A DNA stretch of 64,000 bases from NCBI GenBank assembly GCA_963823555.1, contig CAWGMA010000001.1, positions 192,001 through 256,000 of the forward strand, given 5' to 3'. The position numbers were made by a program, and so were the translations under genes. Source of the DNA: Candidatus Eiseniibacteriota bacterium (GTDB lineage: Bacteria; Eisenbacteria; RBG-16-71-46; CAVPCR01). The notes under the pieces were generated by a model. That model was not told where the DNA came from and did no database searches. It worked only from the letters and a program-made list of their open reading frames with translations. How positions within the stretch are numbered: the stretch's first letter is position 1; each line of letters starts with the position of its first letter. This document shows positions 10,301-21,318 of this stretch, one piece after another.

Positions 10301-10794
10301 TTGGTCCCGTCGAATGTGATCAATCCATTGCGGTCGACGAGGCGGAGGCCGACGACATGCTTTTCCTCGTAGGGTGGGTTGAGGCCGAGCCCGGCGAAGG
10401 TGAGGAGGGTCGGAGAGAAACGCGCCTGGCGGGTGATACGAAACCCCTTGGCGGTCAGGTTCTTGCTGTAGGTGTCGAGCTGCGTGTAGCCCTGGCGCTG
10501 GTCCGCCGGCCCGTGGGGCAAGATGAGAGAGAAACTGGGGCCTTCAGCCACGACATAGCTGAGTCGACCGGCGAGTCTGGAGAAGAGCAGCGCCTGGAGC
10601 CGCGAAGTACTGGCTTCATAGGCGATGCCGACGGCGAGCAGGACGATGAGGAAGATGGGAATCAAGAGCGCGGAGCCGAGACGCAGGGCGCGTGCCCACC
10701 GCCGGGCGGCCGTGCTCCTTTCGGGAACGGATCCCGCAGGCCGCGGGCGCGGTGCCGGGGCGGCTTCTTCGTGGGCTGTGCGCCAGGACTTCAT
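7348..10794 (-). CDS. Bifunctional transglycosylase/transpeptidase (class A PBP-like) with large insertions; start uncertain (ORF open to 10998)
   Basis: Single TM, GT51 motifs (LLFVENR, QGGSTLATQIEK, YLN), transpeptidase motifs STAK, SVN and GKTG. Confidence 0.85.
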   Translation of the reverse strand: MKSWRTAHEEAAPAPRPRPAGSVPERSTAARRWARALRLGSALLIPIFLIVLLAVGIAYEASTSRLQALLFSRLAGRLSYVVAEGPSFSLILPHGPADQRQGYTQLDTYSKNLTAKGFRITRQARFSPTLLTFAGLGLNPPYEEKHVVGLRLVDRNGLITFDGTNRRHQFTTIEDIPDPIVAMLLFVENRELFIDDFPYRNPAVEWDRLAHVMFMYLGKEVGVASSVQGGSTLATQIEKYRHSAAGLTSSPTEKLKQITSASVRAYRNGMDTRAERRRIVLNYLNTMPLAAVPGYGEVNGLGEAMWGWFGKDIAQIKADLAEPMAGPGGERHARTLREIVALLIANRAPSDYLLRDRDELERLVDVHLGLMATAGVISPGTRDAARAVRLDFNAQAPPLPTPPFAERKAANAVRSQLLALLDESSFYKLDRLDLSASTTIDGDTQRKVTAELARLTDPDVVAREGLRAPRLLESGDPSRVIYSFTLYECLPEANVVRVQADNLGQPFDVNDGMKLDLGSTAKLRTLTHYLMVIAEIYAREQGGPPVVGLGAETGLDSLGTTPVVGAGHDTEQASTDLDTIRAGASTDPAPEEEAANEATADAMSEDETTREALSPYSAVPDLPEGTAPARESVPATEPAAGVTMSAEFAERAAQAKDPLTRWVNGFLAEHPAATLEEVIAASLDRRFSASPHESFFTGGGLHTFVNFNRDDNDRIMTLRVGLRNSVNLVFIRLMREIVKYHQAKLGYDEEAIFRDRNDPVRKALLDEFVAHESHKLLWRYYHRYRGKSEAEAAASLFGRRLSARNLAIFHYYLNGPDSPPAALATVARAALGEAAPDSLAVLRLAQRYGRSQLNLQDAAYLAQVHALEIWTAATMIQEPEVEWPEFAEASAPPAEESYAWLYSRRAKRAQDVRIRILLEAKSFEQIHEVWQRLGYPFGSLVPSLATAIGSSADRPTALAELIGIILRDGERVPMQRMKSLEFAVGTPYETHFTRDLTPGEQVMPPAVAAALRPCLLDVVENGTARRAHGAIKTADGEIVPIGGKTGSGDNRVKSFARGGRLIDSRVVSRTASFAFFIGNRFFGVVTAYVSGAEAADYGFTSSLPTQIVRILGPALTPLILDGSPAPPADDSPTPLADLPPALQAAGAR

Positions 10795-11263
10795 CGGTTT
10801 CCAGTCGGGTGCGACGATCAGGCTCGACGCTGCTTGAGCAGCCTGACGGCCGTCCGAGCTCTCTCTCTCTCTCCGTCCCCAGTTCGGCATCGGAGGAAGC
10901 ACTGGCGCCGCATGCGCCGCAACCCCCAAGGCTGAGATTCTGGCACGGACGCCCGCCGGGGGAATCCACGGCTTGAGGCTCGCCCCCGATCGGCCCAAGC
11001 TCCCTCTTACTTGCTAGTTATCGGCTTCTGGCGGCGCGAGTATACTCCTCTCCAATGGCGTGGGCTGAGAACTTGGCATGGGTCCAAACGCGGTGCAGCG
11101 ACCGCTCATCCTGGACCGCGACCCCGCCTCACTCGCTATCAGGCCATCCGGTGGCATCCGCAGGCGTCGACCTCAGCCCGGTCGCGCGCCGCGTCCGTGA
11201 TGGGAGACAAGTTGTTGGTCACTGCGGCGCTGTCGAGCAGCTTTGTCGTGGGGCGTTTACTTC

Positions 11264-11292
11264 TTGACAGCGTCAGGCGCCGTACTTAGCCT
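11264..11292 (+). promoter_or_regulatory. Sigma70 promoter
   Basis: TTGACA-17 bp-TAGCCT, 65 bp upstream of the ORF at 11357. Confidence 0.6.
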
Positions 11293-11356
11293 TCGACTGT
11301 AGCCACCACACAAGCCTCATGTCGCCCAGTGACAGGCACCTACCAAGGAGATATGG

Positions 11357-11794
11357 ATGTCGACTGCGACCCAGATCGAACAGCTGGCCACCGGTCTCTC
11401 GAGTGAAATCGAGGAGCTCGAGAGGTTGTATGGCAGGTTGCCCGATGTCATCGCCAAGAAACGAGCTCAACTATCGAAATTGCAGGAAGTTGCCAAGATC
11501 ATGGGGGAGGGCGCCGACACCGACGACGACATCTTGGCAAGCCTGATGGGACTTTCCTCGGTCGGCCCACGTGTCGTTGCCAGTCGCAAGTCACGCGGGC
11601 CGACGTTGCCGACCCGTGTCATGACTCTGATCTCGGCAGCCGGTCCACACGGCATGCAGTTCAAGCAGATTCTCGGCAAGCTCGAGGAGGCAACGGGCGG
11701 GGAGATCAACCGCAGCCACCTCACGACAACCCTCAAGAGACTGGTCGACCGGCGAAAGATCGAGAAGATTGCGGACCGGTTCCGCGTCGCGTAA
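11357..11794 (+). CDS. Small coiled-coil plus winged-helix DNA-binding protein (putative nucleoid-associated protein)
   Basis: AAGGAG RBS. Heptad N-terminus, basic linker SRKSRG, C-terminal wHTH-like INRSHLTTTLKRLVDRRKIEKIADRFRV. Confidence 0.7.
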   Translation: MSTATQIEQLATGLSSEIEELERLYGRLPDVIAKKRAQLSKLQEVAKIMGEGADTDDDILASLMGLSSVGPRVVASRKSRGPTLPTRVMTLISAAGPHGMQFKQILGKLEEATGGEINRSHLTTTLKRLVDRRKIEKIADRFRVA

Positions 11795-11892
11795 CACCAT
11801 GCCGGCTCCGGCCGGTTTGGATGGTCCCTCGCCGGCAGTCGCCTCTGCGGTTCAGATCGGGAGCGCCGCGTGCCTCGCCGTGAGACACGAGC

Positions 11893-13833
11893 TCAAAGGA
11901 CCGACGACATGCGACGGGCCGGTCGCCTGGCTTCGCTCCCCTCCCAGAAGTCGATGTTCTTCAAGATCTCCTGGATGGCGGCCAGGGGGTCCAGAGGAGA
12001 AACTAGTCTCCTGAGTTCGCGGATGCGCGGCAACTCATCCGCGGTATAGAGTTTCTCTTCCTTTCGGGTCCCGGACAAACGTACATCCACCGCCGGCCAG
12101 ATGCGCATGTCGGCGATCGTCCGGTCGAGGACCATCTCCATGTTCCCGGTGCCCTTGAACTCCTGGAAGATCACCTCGTCCATGCGTGATCCGGTGTCGA
12201 TGAGCGCCGTCGCGATAATGGTGAGACTTCCGCCATGTTCGATATTGCGAGCTGCACCGAAGATGCGCTTGGGGCGTTCCAGGGCCCGCGAGTCGATGCC
12301 GCCGGACAGGGTGCGACCCGAATTCCCCGTCTCGCGATTGTAGGCGCGTCCCAGGCGGGTGAGCGAATCGAGGAAGATGACCACGTCGTGACCGAACTCG
12401 ACCTCGCGGCGGGATTGCTCGAGGACCAACTCGGCGACGCGGACGTGGGCATCCGAATTCATGTCGCTGGAGGATGCCACCACCTCGCCGCGGACGGTAC
12501 GTTTCATGTCGGTCACTTCTTCCGGACGCTCGTCGATGAGCAGCACCTTGAGCACGACCTCGGGATGATTCTCCGAGATGCCATGTGCCATGTGCTGCAG
12601 GAGCACGGTCTTTCCGGTGCGAGGCGGAGCCACGATTAGGGCGCGCTGGCCCTTTCCGATCGGTGTCACCAGATCGACGACGCGTGTGGTCATCGGCTCC
12701 TGGCCGGTGGCGAAGCGCAGGCGCTCGTCGGGATCTGTCGGTGTCAGATCCTCGAGTGGAGTGAGACGCTCGTAGACATCGATCGGATGGCCATTGATCG
12801 CATCGATGCGTGTCAGCTCGAGCCCGCCGTTGCGCGTCGGGCTGACGCCACCTGACAGCCGCAGCCCCTCACGCAGCTTTGCGTCGCGAATGAGGGCGGG
12901 CGGTACGAACACATCATCCGGGGTCGGGTGATACATCCGCCGTGTCAGGCGCAGGAAGCCGAATCCCCGATCAGACAGCTCGAGCACTCCCTCTGCCTCT
13001 CCGGTTATCTCGCGGGGAATGCGCGGGCCTGAGCTGGGAATGCGGCTCGGAGCGCGATCTCGTGGTGCTTGCGAAGACCTGCCTTTCGGCCGTGGCGATG
13101 AACGATCGCCCCTGGCGTCACGCCGCCGGCCATCACGAACGGAGGACTCAGGACCACCGCGTCTCGGCCCGGGTCCCCATAGCTTGTTGCCATAGTCATC
13201 AGGGAACCGGTCGGGGCCATGTTGCCCTCGTCCCGGCGCGGAGTTCGCGTGGCGGCGCAGGTGTCCCGGCGCGGACCGGGTCCCGGGATCGCCGCTCGCG
13301 CCCTGCGGGTGGCGGCGGGGGCGGCCCCGGTTCTGCGTTCCCCGGGGTTCGTTCCAAGGGCGATCGCCTTCGTTCCGTCGGTTGTTGCCGAACCGGGGCG
13401 CGGTGTTGCCGGAGAGTCCGCGGTTGTCGGGCCGTTGCCGTCTTCCCGGGCGTCGTCCAGGTCGTCGATCCGCGCTGCTCTGATCAGGACCTCGACGCGA
13501 GTCACCCGCGGTGTGGTGCGGGGCGCGGCTCGATGGGCGACGGCGGGGTGGACGTTCGTCCGTCCTCGTCCCTGTCGGATGTCGGCCGGCGGCTGGACGG
13601 TGGGGCTCGCCGTCCCGGCTTGTCTTGCGGCGAGTTCTTGACCTCTCCGGTCGGCGCTGGCGCGGCCTCATGTCCGCCTCGGCGCTGGCGCGCGGAGTTG
13701 GGCCGAGTCCGTTCTCTTCATTTCGAGCTTCGGCCGCGTCTTTCTTGAGCGGCCGCGGGTCGGCCGCTTCATCATCGGCCCGGGGTGCTGAGCCACGGGA
13801 GCGGCGCCCCCAGGCACGCGATGCCTTCGTCAT
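11893..13833 (-). CDS. rho: Transcription termination factor Rho with long disordered N-terminal region
   Basis: [16 protein letters not shown] domain, [19 protein letters not shown]alker [44 protein letters not shown] before ATG 13833. Confidence 0.95.
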   Translation of the reverse strand: MTKASRAWGRRSRGSAPRADDEAADPRPLKKDAAEARNEENGLGPTPRASAEADMRPRQRRPERSRTRRKTSRDGEPHRPAAGRHPTGTRTDERPPRRRPSSRAPHHTAGDSRRGPDQSSADRRPGRRPGRRQRPDNRGLSGNTAPRFGNNRRNEGDRPWNEPRGTQNRGRPRRHPQGASGDPGTRSAPGHLRRHANSAPGRGQHGPDRFPDDYGNKLWGPGPRRGGPESSVRDGRRRDARGDRSSPRPKGRSSQAPRDRAPSRIPSSGPRIPREITGEAEGVLELSDRGFGFLRLTRRMYHPTPDDVFVPPALIRDAKLREGLRLSGGVSPTRNGGLELTRIDAINGHPIDVYERLTPLEDLTPTDPDERLRFATGQEPMTTRVVDLVTPIGKGQRALIVAPPRTGKTVLLQHMAHGISENHPEVVLKVLLIDERPEEVTDMKRTVRGEVVASSSDMNSDAHVRVAELVLEQSRREVEFGHDVVIFLDSLTRLGRAYNRETGNSGRTLSGGIDSRALERPKRIFGAARNIEHGGSLTIIATALIDTGSRMDEVIFQEFKGTGNMEMVLDRTIADMRIWPAVDVRLSGTRKEEKLYTADELPRIRELRRLVSPLDPLAAIQEILKNIDFWEGSEARRPARRMSSVL

Positions 13834-14767
13834 TCCGAGATTTCCTCCTTGAGCCCGGCCTGGTGCCGACTTGGTCGAGTGCTGCTTCCAGGACGGAACG
13901 ACACGCGATTTCGCGCGGTAGCCGAGCTGCGGCTCCGAGCGGCCGCCATTTCGGCGCATTCAAACAGGCGATGCCTGATATCGACTTGGCCCTCGGGGAT
14001 TCTCGCGTTCCCCGCTCATCTCCTGCCTGCGGTGCTGACGTTGATCAGGGGCGTTGCCGGCGGCCCGTGGTGCGAGCGCCAGCCAGTTGCTAGTCCAGGA
14101 CCCATGACTCCGTGTCGTGCCGCTTCGAGCCTGTCGAAGAAGTGGAGCGCGGACTGGTTCGGTTCTCACTGCCGATGCAACGACGCGGTGGTGCTCAACC
14201 GGCTGATCTGGGGGAGGTGGCTAGCCAGGAGCCGTTAGCTTGCGTCATTCGGGGTTCTTGGTTCCGGCAGGTATGTCCGCTCCCGGACCTTCTTCAGAGA
14301 CGAGTGATCCCTTCGCGGATTCTCCGCTGATCCTACGCCAAAGTCTTCGAGCCTGGCGAGTCGATTCTCGCTGGCCCGGTTCTCCTAGCTCGCCATCCGT
14401 TGACTGGCGGGTTGACCTGCTCGTTCACTCCCGCCTGGATCTGGAAGCCGGGGCCTTCGGTGCTTCTCTCAGACTGGACGCGTCTGGCAGGGGCCAGGTG
14501 CCGCGGCGTCTGCTGCATCGCGCCGGATGGCCGGGGATGCGGGCAAGATCCCGTGGGGCGGATGACAGCCCCGGTGGCGAGGACTTGAATGTATCTGCTG
14601 CGACGACGGCTTGTCAATGACTGATCGGGGAGGCCCTGGCGGCAGGCCGGGTGCCCGTACCTTGACAATCCGGGAGGTGGTCGCGACCATGGCCCTCTGG
14701 ATTCGTCATGTGCCGCCTTGATGATGCGCGCCGGCACGACTTTCCCCGGCTTCGCGGAGACCATTTC

Positions 14768-16135
14768 ATGTCCGGATCGCGCGAGCCCGAGGCTACGTAT
14801 CGTCGCCGGCGTCTCGCCGGGCTGGTCCTGGTGCTCGCTCTCTTGACGCTGGTCGTCAATGGCAGCCAATGGCTGGAGCACCGGCGACTGAGCGAGCGAC
14901 TCGCCGCCGAGCTCGGGGATCACCTCGTCGCCATCGCCCAGGTGGCGGCGGCGGGGGTGGATGGCGACATGCTGCAACGCTGGCGGGACTGGGGAATCAA
15001 CCCCGACGAGGCTGATCGTCTCCGCAGTTACCTGGCCTCGGTGCGAGCCCAGGAGGCGCTATCGGATCTGTTCCTGCTCGATCCGCACGACCCCCTGGGA
15101 CGACCGCTCCTCGATCCCGCTGACGAGGTGGGTACCGAGGAGGCCAACCCGGCGCTGGCGCTCGATCGGGCCACACTCGCCCTGGCGGCGGAGGGAATCG
15201 CCGCGGCCACGCCTCTCTACACCGCACCGGGCGGCGCTTACTTGAAGACCGGCTATGCTCCGATCCTCGCTGACGACGGGCGGGTCACCGGCATTCTTGG
15301 CGTTGAGGGCTCGTCCACTCTGTTCGCCGTACTCGGCGAAGTGCGGCGCACCCTGATTGCCGTTTCGGCTGCGAGCATTCTCGCGGTCGTCGTGCTGGGG
15401 TTTCTCCTGGTCCGCATCGCGGAATCCCTGGCTCGGGCGGAGCGTGAGCTCTTGCGCGCGGAGGCGCTCTCGTCCATGGGACGGATGACGGCCGGCATCG
15501 CCCACGAGATCCGCAATCCGCTTGGCATCATCCGCGCCACCGCGGAGCGTCTGGCCCGGCGCTACGGGCCCAAGGATGCGAGCGATCCTCTCTTCGCCTC
15601 GATCCCGGAAGAGGTGGATCGGCTGAACGCGATCCTCTCCGGCTATCTGAGCTTCGCGGCGGAACGTCCCGGCGAGCTGGTTCCGCTGGACCTGGTCCAG
15701 GTGGTTCGACACACTCTCGAGCTGGATCGAGGCGAACTCGAGCGTTCGGGTGTCGTCGTCGAGACCCACTTCGCCCTCGAATCGGCCGTCATCCGCGGTG
15801 ACGCGGGACGGCTGCGGCAGGTGTTGTTGAACCTGATCCTGAACGCCAGGAATGCGATGGCCCGGGGCGGGCGGCTCGAGATCTCGATTGATCCCGTGTC
15901 CGACCGGCGTGCCGTCCGGCTCTGCGTGACTGACAATGGGAGCGGCATCCCCAAGAACCAGCTCGAGGACGTGTGGCGTCCCTTCTTCACTTCCCGCTCT
16001 GATGGGTCGGGACTCGGGCTCTCCATTGTCCGCCGCATCGTGGTCGAGCACGGAGGCACCATCGACCTCGATTCGGCTGAAGGGCGTGGAACCACGATCA
16101 CCCTGGTCTTCCCGCGCGCCGAGGCCGGGGCGTGA
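14768..16135 (+). CDS. Membrane sensor histidine kinase
   Basis: Two TM helices with periplasmic domain, H-box AHEIRNPL, N-box NLILNA, DNGSGI, FFTSRSDGSGLGL. Confidence 0.93.
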   Translation: MSGSREPEATYRRRRLAGLVLVLALLTLVVNGSQWLEHRRLSERLAAELGDHLVAIAQVAAAGVDGDMLQRWRDWGINPDEADRLRSYLASVRAQEALSDLFLLDPHDPLGRPLLDPADEVGTEEANPALALDRATLALAAEGIAAATPLYTAPGGAYLKTGYAPILADDGRVTGILGVEGSSTLFAVLGEVRRTLIAVSAASILAVVVLGFLLVRIAESLARAERELLRAEALSSMGRMTAGIAHEIRNPLGIIRATAERLARRYGPKDASDPLFASIPEEVDRLNAILSGYLSFAAERPGELVPLDLVQVVRHTLELDRGELERSGVVVETHFALESAVIRGDAGRLRQVLLNLILNARNAMARGGRLEISIDPVSDRRAVRLCVTDNGSGIPKNQLEDVWRPFFTSRSDGSGLGLSIVRRIVVEHGGTIDLDSAEGRGTTITLVFPRAEAGA

Positions 16136-16154
16136 TGTGGCAAGGAGGCTCGCC

Positions 16155-17531
<1,377 letters not shown>

Positions 17532-17710
17532 CCCCGAGCCGGGGCCAGACCCCGAGGGCGGCCCGATGGAGGTGACTTGCTGGCTCCTTGGACTGGCTGA
17601 GATGTGGACGAAGGCGTACACCGGCGTCCCCCTGGGGGCAGACGGCTTTCCTGCCCAATCGGAAGCCGCCGTAACGTGTTGCGGGGAGCGGTCCACTTCC
17701 TTCAACGCCG

Positions 17711-17726
17711 CGGCACTCGGCTTGCT
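17711..17726 (+). promoter_or_regulatory. Sigma54 (-24/-12) promoter
   Basis: CGGCAC-TCGGC-TTGCT matches YGGCAC-N5-TTGCW exactly, 63 bp upstream of the ORF at 17789. Confidence 0.75.
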
Positions 17727-17788
17727 CTGTCCATGAGCGGGCCGGTATCCGGGCTGGTAGGGGGGCTCGGGGCCCAGGAGTGGAACCC

Positions 17789-18874
17789 ATGCGCCGTAGA
17801 AGCATAGATTGGGCCCGGCTGGCCGCCGGCAGCCTGCTAGCAGGAGCCCTCATCCTGGCCGCCCCCGCCGCAGGTCAAGGCATGGATCCTCGTGACCGGC
17901 TGGCGCGCGAGATCGAGACCACCGACCAGGTCATCGCCGACGCGCGCGCCATCGTCGGAGCATCGGAGAGCTCGCGAGCACGCGAGATCCTGCCCCGGGC
18001 CGTCGAGATGCAGGAGCTGGCCCACCGCCAGTTCATGCGCTGCGGGATGGATAACCTGACCGCCTGCGAGGGAGCGGCGCGCGCCACCACCCGGGCCCGG
18101 CGTGAAGCCCGCCGCGCCATCCAGATCGCGCGCAGCGAGTCCGGGCTCGATGTCGAAGTGGCGCATGCGATCGAACGAGCTGCCGGCGTGATCACGGAAG
18201 CGCAGGTGGTCATCGGTGGCCAGGGCCATGAGGTGGCCGAGCAGCGGCTCGCGGAGGCGCGCACCAAGCTCGAGCGCGCCCGCGAACAACACCGCGCGCG
18301 TCAGTTCCGGATCGCCCTCAATCTCGCTCGTGCGGCCGAGCGCGAGGCGCGTGAGGTCGCCGGCCTCGGTCGCATCGATCGGGTCCGTCCCGAACGCCTC
18401 CAGATCGAACTGGAGCGGACCGACCGCCTGCTCGAGCGCACCGCTCCCGGCATCCGGGAAAGCCAGAACGAGCGCGCGATCCGTGAGCTCGAGCGAGCCA
18501 TCATGCTCCAACAGCGGGGGCGCGCGCACTTCGTGGCCGGCCGGCCGGCGGCTGCCGTTCGCTTCACCCGTGAGGCCCGAGATGCCGTGCACGGAGCGCT
18601 GCTCCTCGTCGAGGAGCCGGTCGATTCCGATCAGGTCGAACGGGCTCTGAGTCAGACCGATGCGCTCATCGAACGCGTCGCCAGCGTGGTGCGCGAGAGT
18701 GGCCGGGACGAGGCCTTTCGCCTCCTCGATGCGGCCCGCGAGCATCAGCGGCGTGCCCGCGAGCTCCTGGGCGCAGGACAGCGCAATATGGCGCTCGCCG
18801 AAACTCGCATCGCTCGCAATCTGGCGCTTGAGGCCGAGGACCTGGTTCAGCTCGAGGGGGAGCTAGGTGGTTAG
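17789..18874 (+). CDS. Exported alpha-helical repeat protein (about 4 x 75 aa), unknown function
   Basis: AGGAG RBS, signal peptide MRRRSIDWARLAAGSLLAGALILAAPAAG, four similar helical units. Confidence 0.75.
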   Translation: MRRRSIDWARLAAGSLLAGALILAAPAAGQGMDPRDRLAREIETTDQVIADARAIVGASESSRAREILPRAVEMQELAHRQFMRCGMDNLTACEGAARATTRARREARRAIQIARSESGLDVEVAHAIERAAGVITEAQVVIGGQGHEVAEQRLAEARTKLERAREQHRARQFRIALNLARAAEREAREVAGLGRIDRVRPERLQIELERTDRLLERTAPGIRESQNERAIRELERAIMLQQRGRAHFVAGRPAAAVRFTREARDAVHGALLLVEEPVDSDQVERALSQTDALIERVASVVRESGRDEAFRLLDAAREHQRRARELLGAGQRNMALAETRIARNLALEAEDLVQLEGELGG

Positions 18875-18926
18875 TCCGCGGCCAGGCGCGGCAGCGGACA
18901 GGACGCGGGGATTCGGGGTTCTCAGG

Positions 18927-20189
18927 ATGAGGCTCTGCATCGTTGCCGGCTTGCTCGTGCTGCTGGCAGCAGGCGGCGGCACGGGACGAGCGTCCGATCG
19001 ACTCAGCGCCACGCTGGCTGTCGGGTTCGATTCGTTCAGCGAGAAGTACTCGATCGTGGAAGCCGATACTCTCGCTTACGCGAACGAGATCAACTCGACG
19101 CTTGGAGTCTCCTACCGCGCGCCTATCAAGGGGACCGGGGTCCTCCTCGCTGCCGATGAGTTTTCGGCATCGACGGCGGCGCTCCGCAACCGACTCACGC
19201 TTGGTCTCGATCTACCCCGGCGTCAGGATGATCGCCTCACGATGGGCAACACGCTGACCCTGCGCCGCTACTTTGCTCGTGACCGTGATGATGAGCTCGC
19301 CCTGCCGTCCGATCACATCGAAGATGAGGCCGAGGTGCGCTATCGTGCCCGGCTCACGGATCACGTCACGATGGCGGTTCGCGACCGCTTCGACCTGGTG
19401 GACTATCGAACGCAGACTCCGTATGAGCTGGATTCCTACCGCAACCGCATCGGAGGCGAGGCCGTGATCGAGCCAGAGCCCATGTCGCGCCTGGCGATTG
19501 CCTATGACTTCGCCCGGCAAGCCGTCCCCGACTCGAGCGCCATCGATTATGGCGAGCACGACCTGCTCGCCGACTTGTGGCAAGGGCTCGGGTATCGTCA
19601 CGATCTCGAGCTCCACGGCGAGCTTGTCCGCCGGAGCTACCGCGATGAGACTTCTCGGCCGGGCTACTACCTCTTCGGAGCGGGAGGTCGGCTTGCCTCC
19701 CGTCTGGGCGAACGCTGGACGCTGGCGCCCCGCGCCGAGATCGAGGCCACGAGTGTCGACATTCCCAGCGATGTCTATTACAGCGGGCTGTTGACCCGCT
19801 TCGGCATCGACCTCGCCATCGCCGCGACGCCGGAGTTGACGGTCGGCCTCGAGCCGCGGGGCGCTCTGCTGCGCGCGGATGCGGCTGCGGGAGAGGACTA
19901 CGACGAGCTCTCCGTGGCCTGGCACGGAGAGTGGTTTCGCCTCGGGCGAGCTTGGATCCAGGGTGCCCTCGATTTCGGCTATCGAGATTACCGTGCCCTG
20001 ACCACGGCGCCCCTGGACGGGCTCTATTCCGATTACCGGTTCTTCCGCATCAACACGATCGGTGCCATCGAGTTCGACGAGCGCACCACCTTCAACTTCT
20101 ATGTGAGCTTCGAACCCGAGAGGCACGACGTCGAGAGTGACGATGCCACGATCATCCTGGTCTCGACCGATCTCGCCTACCGCTTCTAG
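18927..20189 (+). CDS. Putative outer-membrane beta-barrel protein
   Basis: Signal peptide, alternating beta-strand pattern rich in Tyr/Asp/Arg, C-terminal beta-signal STDLAYRF. Confidence 0.7.
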   Translation: MRLCIVAGLLVLLAAGGGTGRASDRLSATLAVGFDSFSEKYSIVEADTLAYANEINSTLGVSYRAPIKGTGVLLAADEFSASTAALRNRLTLGLDLPRRQDDRLTMGNTLTLRRYFARDRDDELALPSDHIEDEAEVRYRARLTDHVTMAVRDRFDLVDYRTQTPYELDSYRNRIGGEAVIEPEPMSRLAIAYDFARQAVPDSSAIDYGEHDLLADLWQGLGYRHDLELHGELVRRSYRDETSRPGYYLFGAGGRLASRLGERWTLAPRAEIEATSVDIPSDVYYSGLLTRFGIDLAIAATPELTVGLEPRGALLRADAAAGEDYDELSVAWHGEWFRLGRAWIQGALDFGYRDYRALTTAPLDGLYSDYRFFRINTIGAIEFDERTTFNFYVSFEPERHDVESDDATIILVSTDLAYRF

Positions 20190-20193
20190 GCTC

Positions 20194-20991
20194 CTAGCGG
20201 GTGAAACGCTCGAGATGGAGTCGGCCGGACTCGACCCGCAAGTAAGTGTGACTGTCCACCCAGTCACCGAGAATGACCATGGCCTTGGCCCCCTCCTCGC
20301 GAAGTGTCGGCAGGTGGACATGCCCGAGCACGACGACGTCGTGTCCGGCCGCGAACGCGGGCCTGGCGACCTCCTCGAACATGCGATCAGCCAGACGAGG
20401 GTCCGTGATCTGGCTTTCCCGTGAGGCGTGTGAGGAGAGGGTGGCCAAGCGGATACCGAGGTCGGGATGAATGAGACGGTAGAGGCCGATGGCGAGGGGA
20501 TTCCTGAGCACCTGCTTGAGTAGCTTGTAGCCACGGTCGCCGGATCCCAGGCCGTCGCCGTGGGCGATGTAGAATCGGCGCCCCTGGACGGTCCGGGTCA
20601 GGGCGCCGTCGGCGACCTCGAGGCCGATCTCCTCGCGGAGGAAGGGCAGCGCCCAGAAGTCGTGGTTTCCCCCGATGAACGTGATCGGCATCCCCTGCCG
20701 CCGCAGAGCATGGAGCGCAGAGAGGACGGCAAATCCGCCTCGGGGAATGGCCCGGCGGTAGGCGAACCAGAAATCGAAGAGGTCGCCCACGATGACGAGG
20801 CTGTCACTGGCCGCGTCGAGGCCGTCGAGGAAGCGGACCACCCGGGCCTCCCGCCTTCGCTCGGTCGGGGTGCCGTCGAGTCCGAGGTGGCAGTCGGACA
20901 TGAAGTAGGCTCTGCGCGCCTCCGTTCCGGATCCGGCTGACAGTCTCGATCCGCCAGGTCGCGTCTCCGCATTTATATTGTTATTTGACAA
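20194..20991 (-). CDS. lpxH: UDP-2,3-diacylglucosamine hydrolase (start uncertain)
   Basis: Metallophosphoesterase motifs SDCHLG, GDLFDFW, GNHD, AHGD, LGHVH, LGDW. Confidence 0.85.
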   Translation of the reverse strand: MSNNNINAETRPGGSRLSAGSGTEARRAYFMSDCHLGLDGTPTERRREARVVRFLDGLDAASDSLVIVGDLFDFWFAYRRAIPRGGFAVLSALHALRRQGMPITFIGGNHDFWALPFLREEIGLEVADGALTRTVQGRRFYIAHGDGLGSGDRGYKLLKQVLRNPLAIGLYRLIHPDLGIRLATLSSHASRESQITDPRLADRMFEEVARPAFAAGHDVVVLGHVHLPTLREEGAKAMVILGDWVDSHTYLRVESGRLHLERFTR

Positions 20992-21143
20992 TGGCTTATA
21001 ATTATCGAGAGAATGGTGAGTGGGTCCGGATGGTCCAACTCAAGTCAGGCCCAGGTTCATCTCCGGATGTGCCGATCATACCGAAGGGAACCTGGAACCG
21101 GCAGGGGGGGTGTTTGGGCTCTCTGCCCCAGCCGCTCGCCAGG

Positions 21144-21172
21144 TTGACAGGTCCGAGGCAGTCGATTACCGT
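21144..21172 (+). promoter_or_regulatory. Putative sigma70 promoter of the M23 peptidase-amidase unit
   Basis: TTGACA-17 bp-TACCGT. Confidence 0.5.
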
Positions 21173-21318
21173 TCAGAGGTTATCGACTCCCGCTTAAGTC
21201 GGCCTCGGCGCGATGTTTGCTGTATCGGGCGCCCCCGCCCGCAGCTCGGATGACCGGGCTGGAACGTTCGCTCGGCATGGACGCTCGGATGTTCCTGGGT
21301 ATTTCGGAGGTCTGAGTA

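Noticed and set aside
10859..10873. (CT)7 microsatellite near the PBP start
   Set aside because: Short, and its position relative to the true start codon is unknown; no evidence of phase variation.
14333..14977. 214-aa minus-strand ORF upstream of rho
   Set aside because: Overlaps the kinase start antisense, with no recognisable domain or RBS.
20970..21012. Possible XerCD dif site (minus strand TCTCGATAA...TGTCAAAT)
   Set aside because: Arms do not fit the 11-6-11 spacing and the XerD arm match is weak; better explained as a promoter or IHF-like AT tract.
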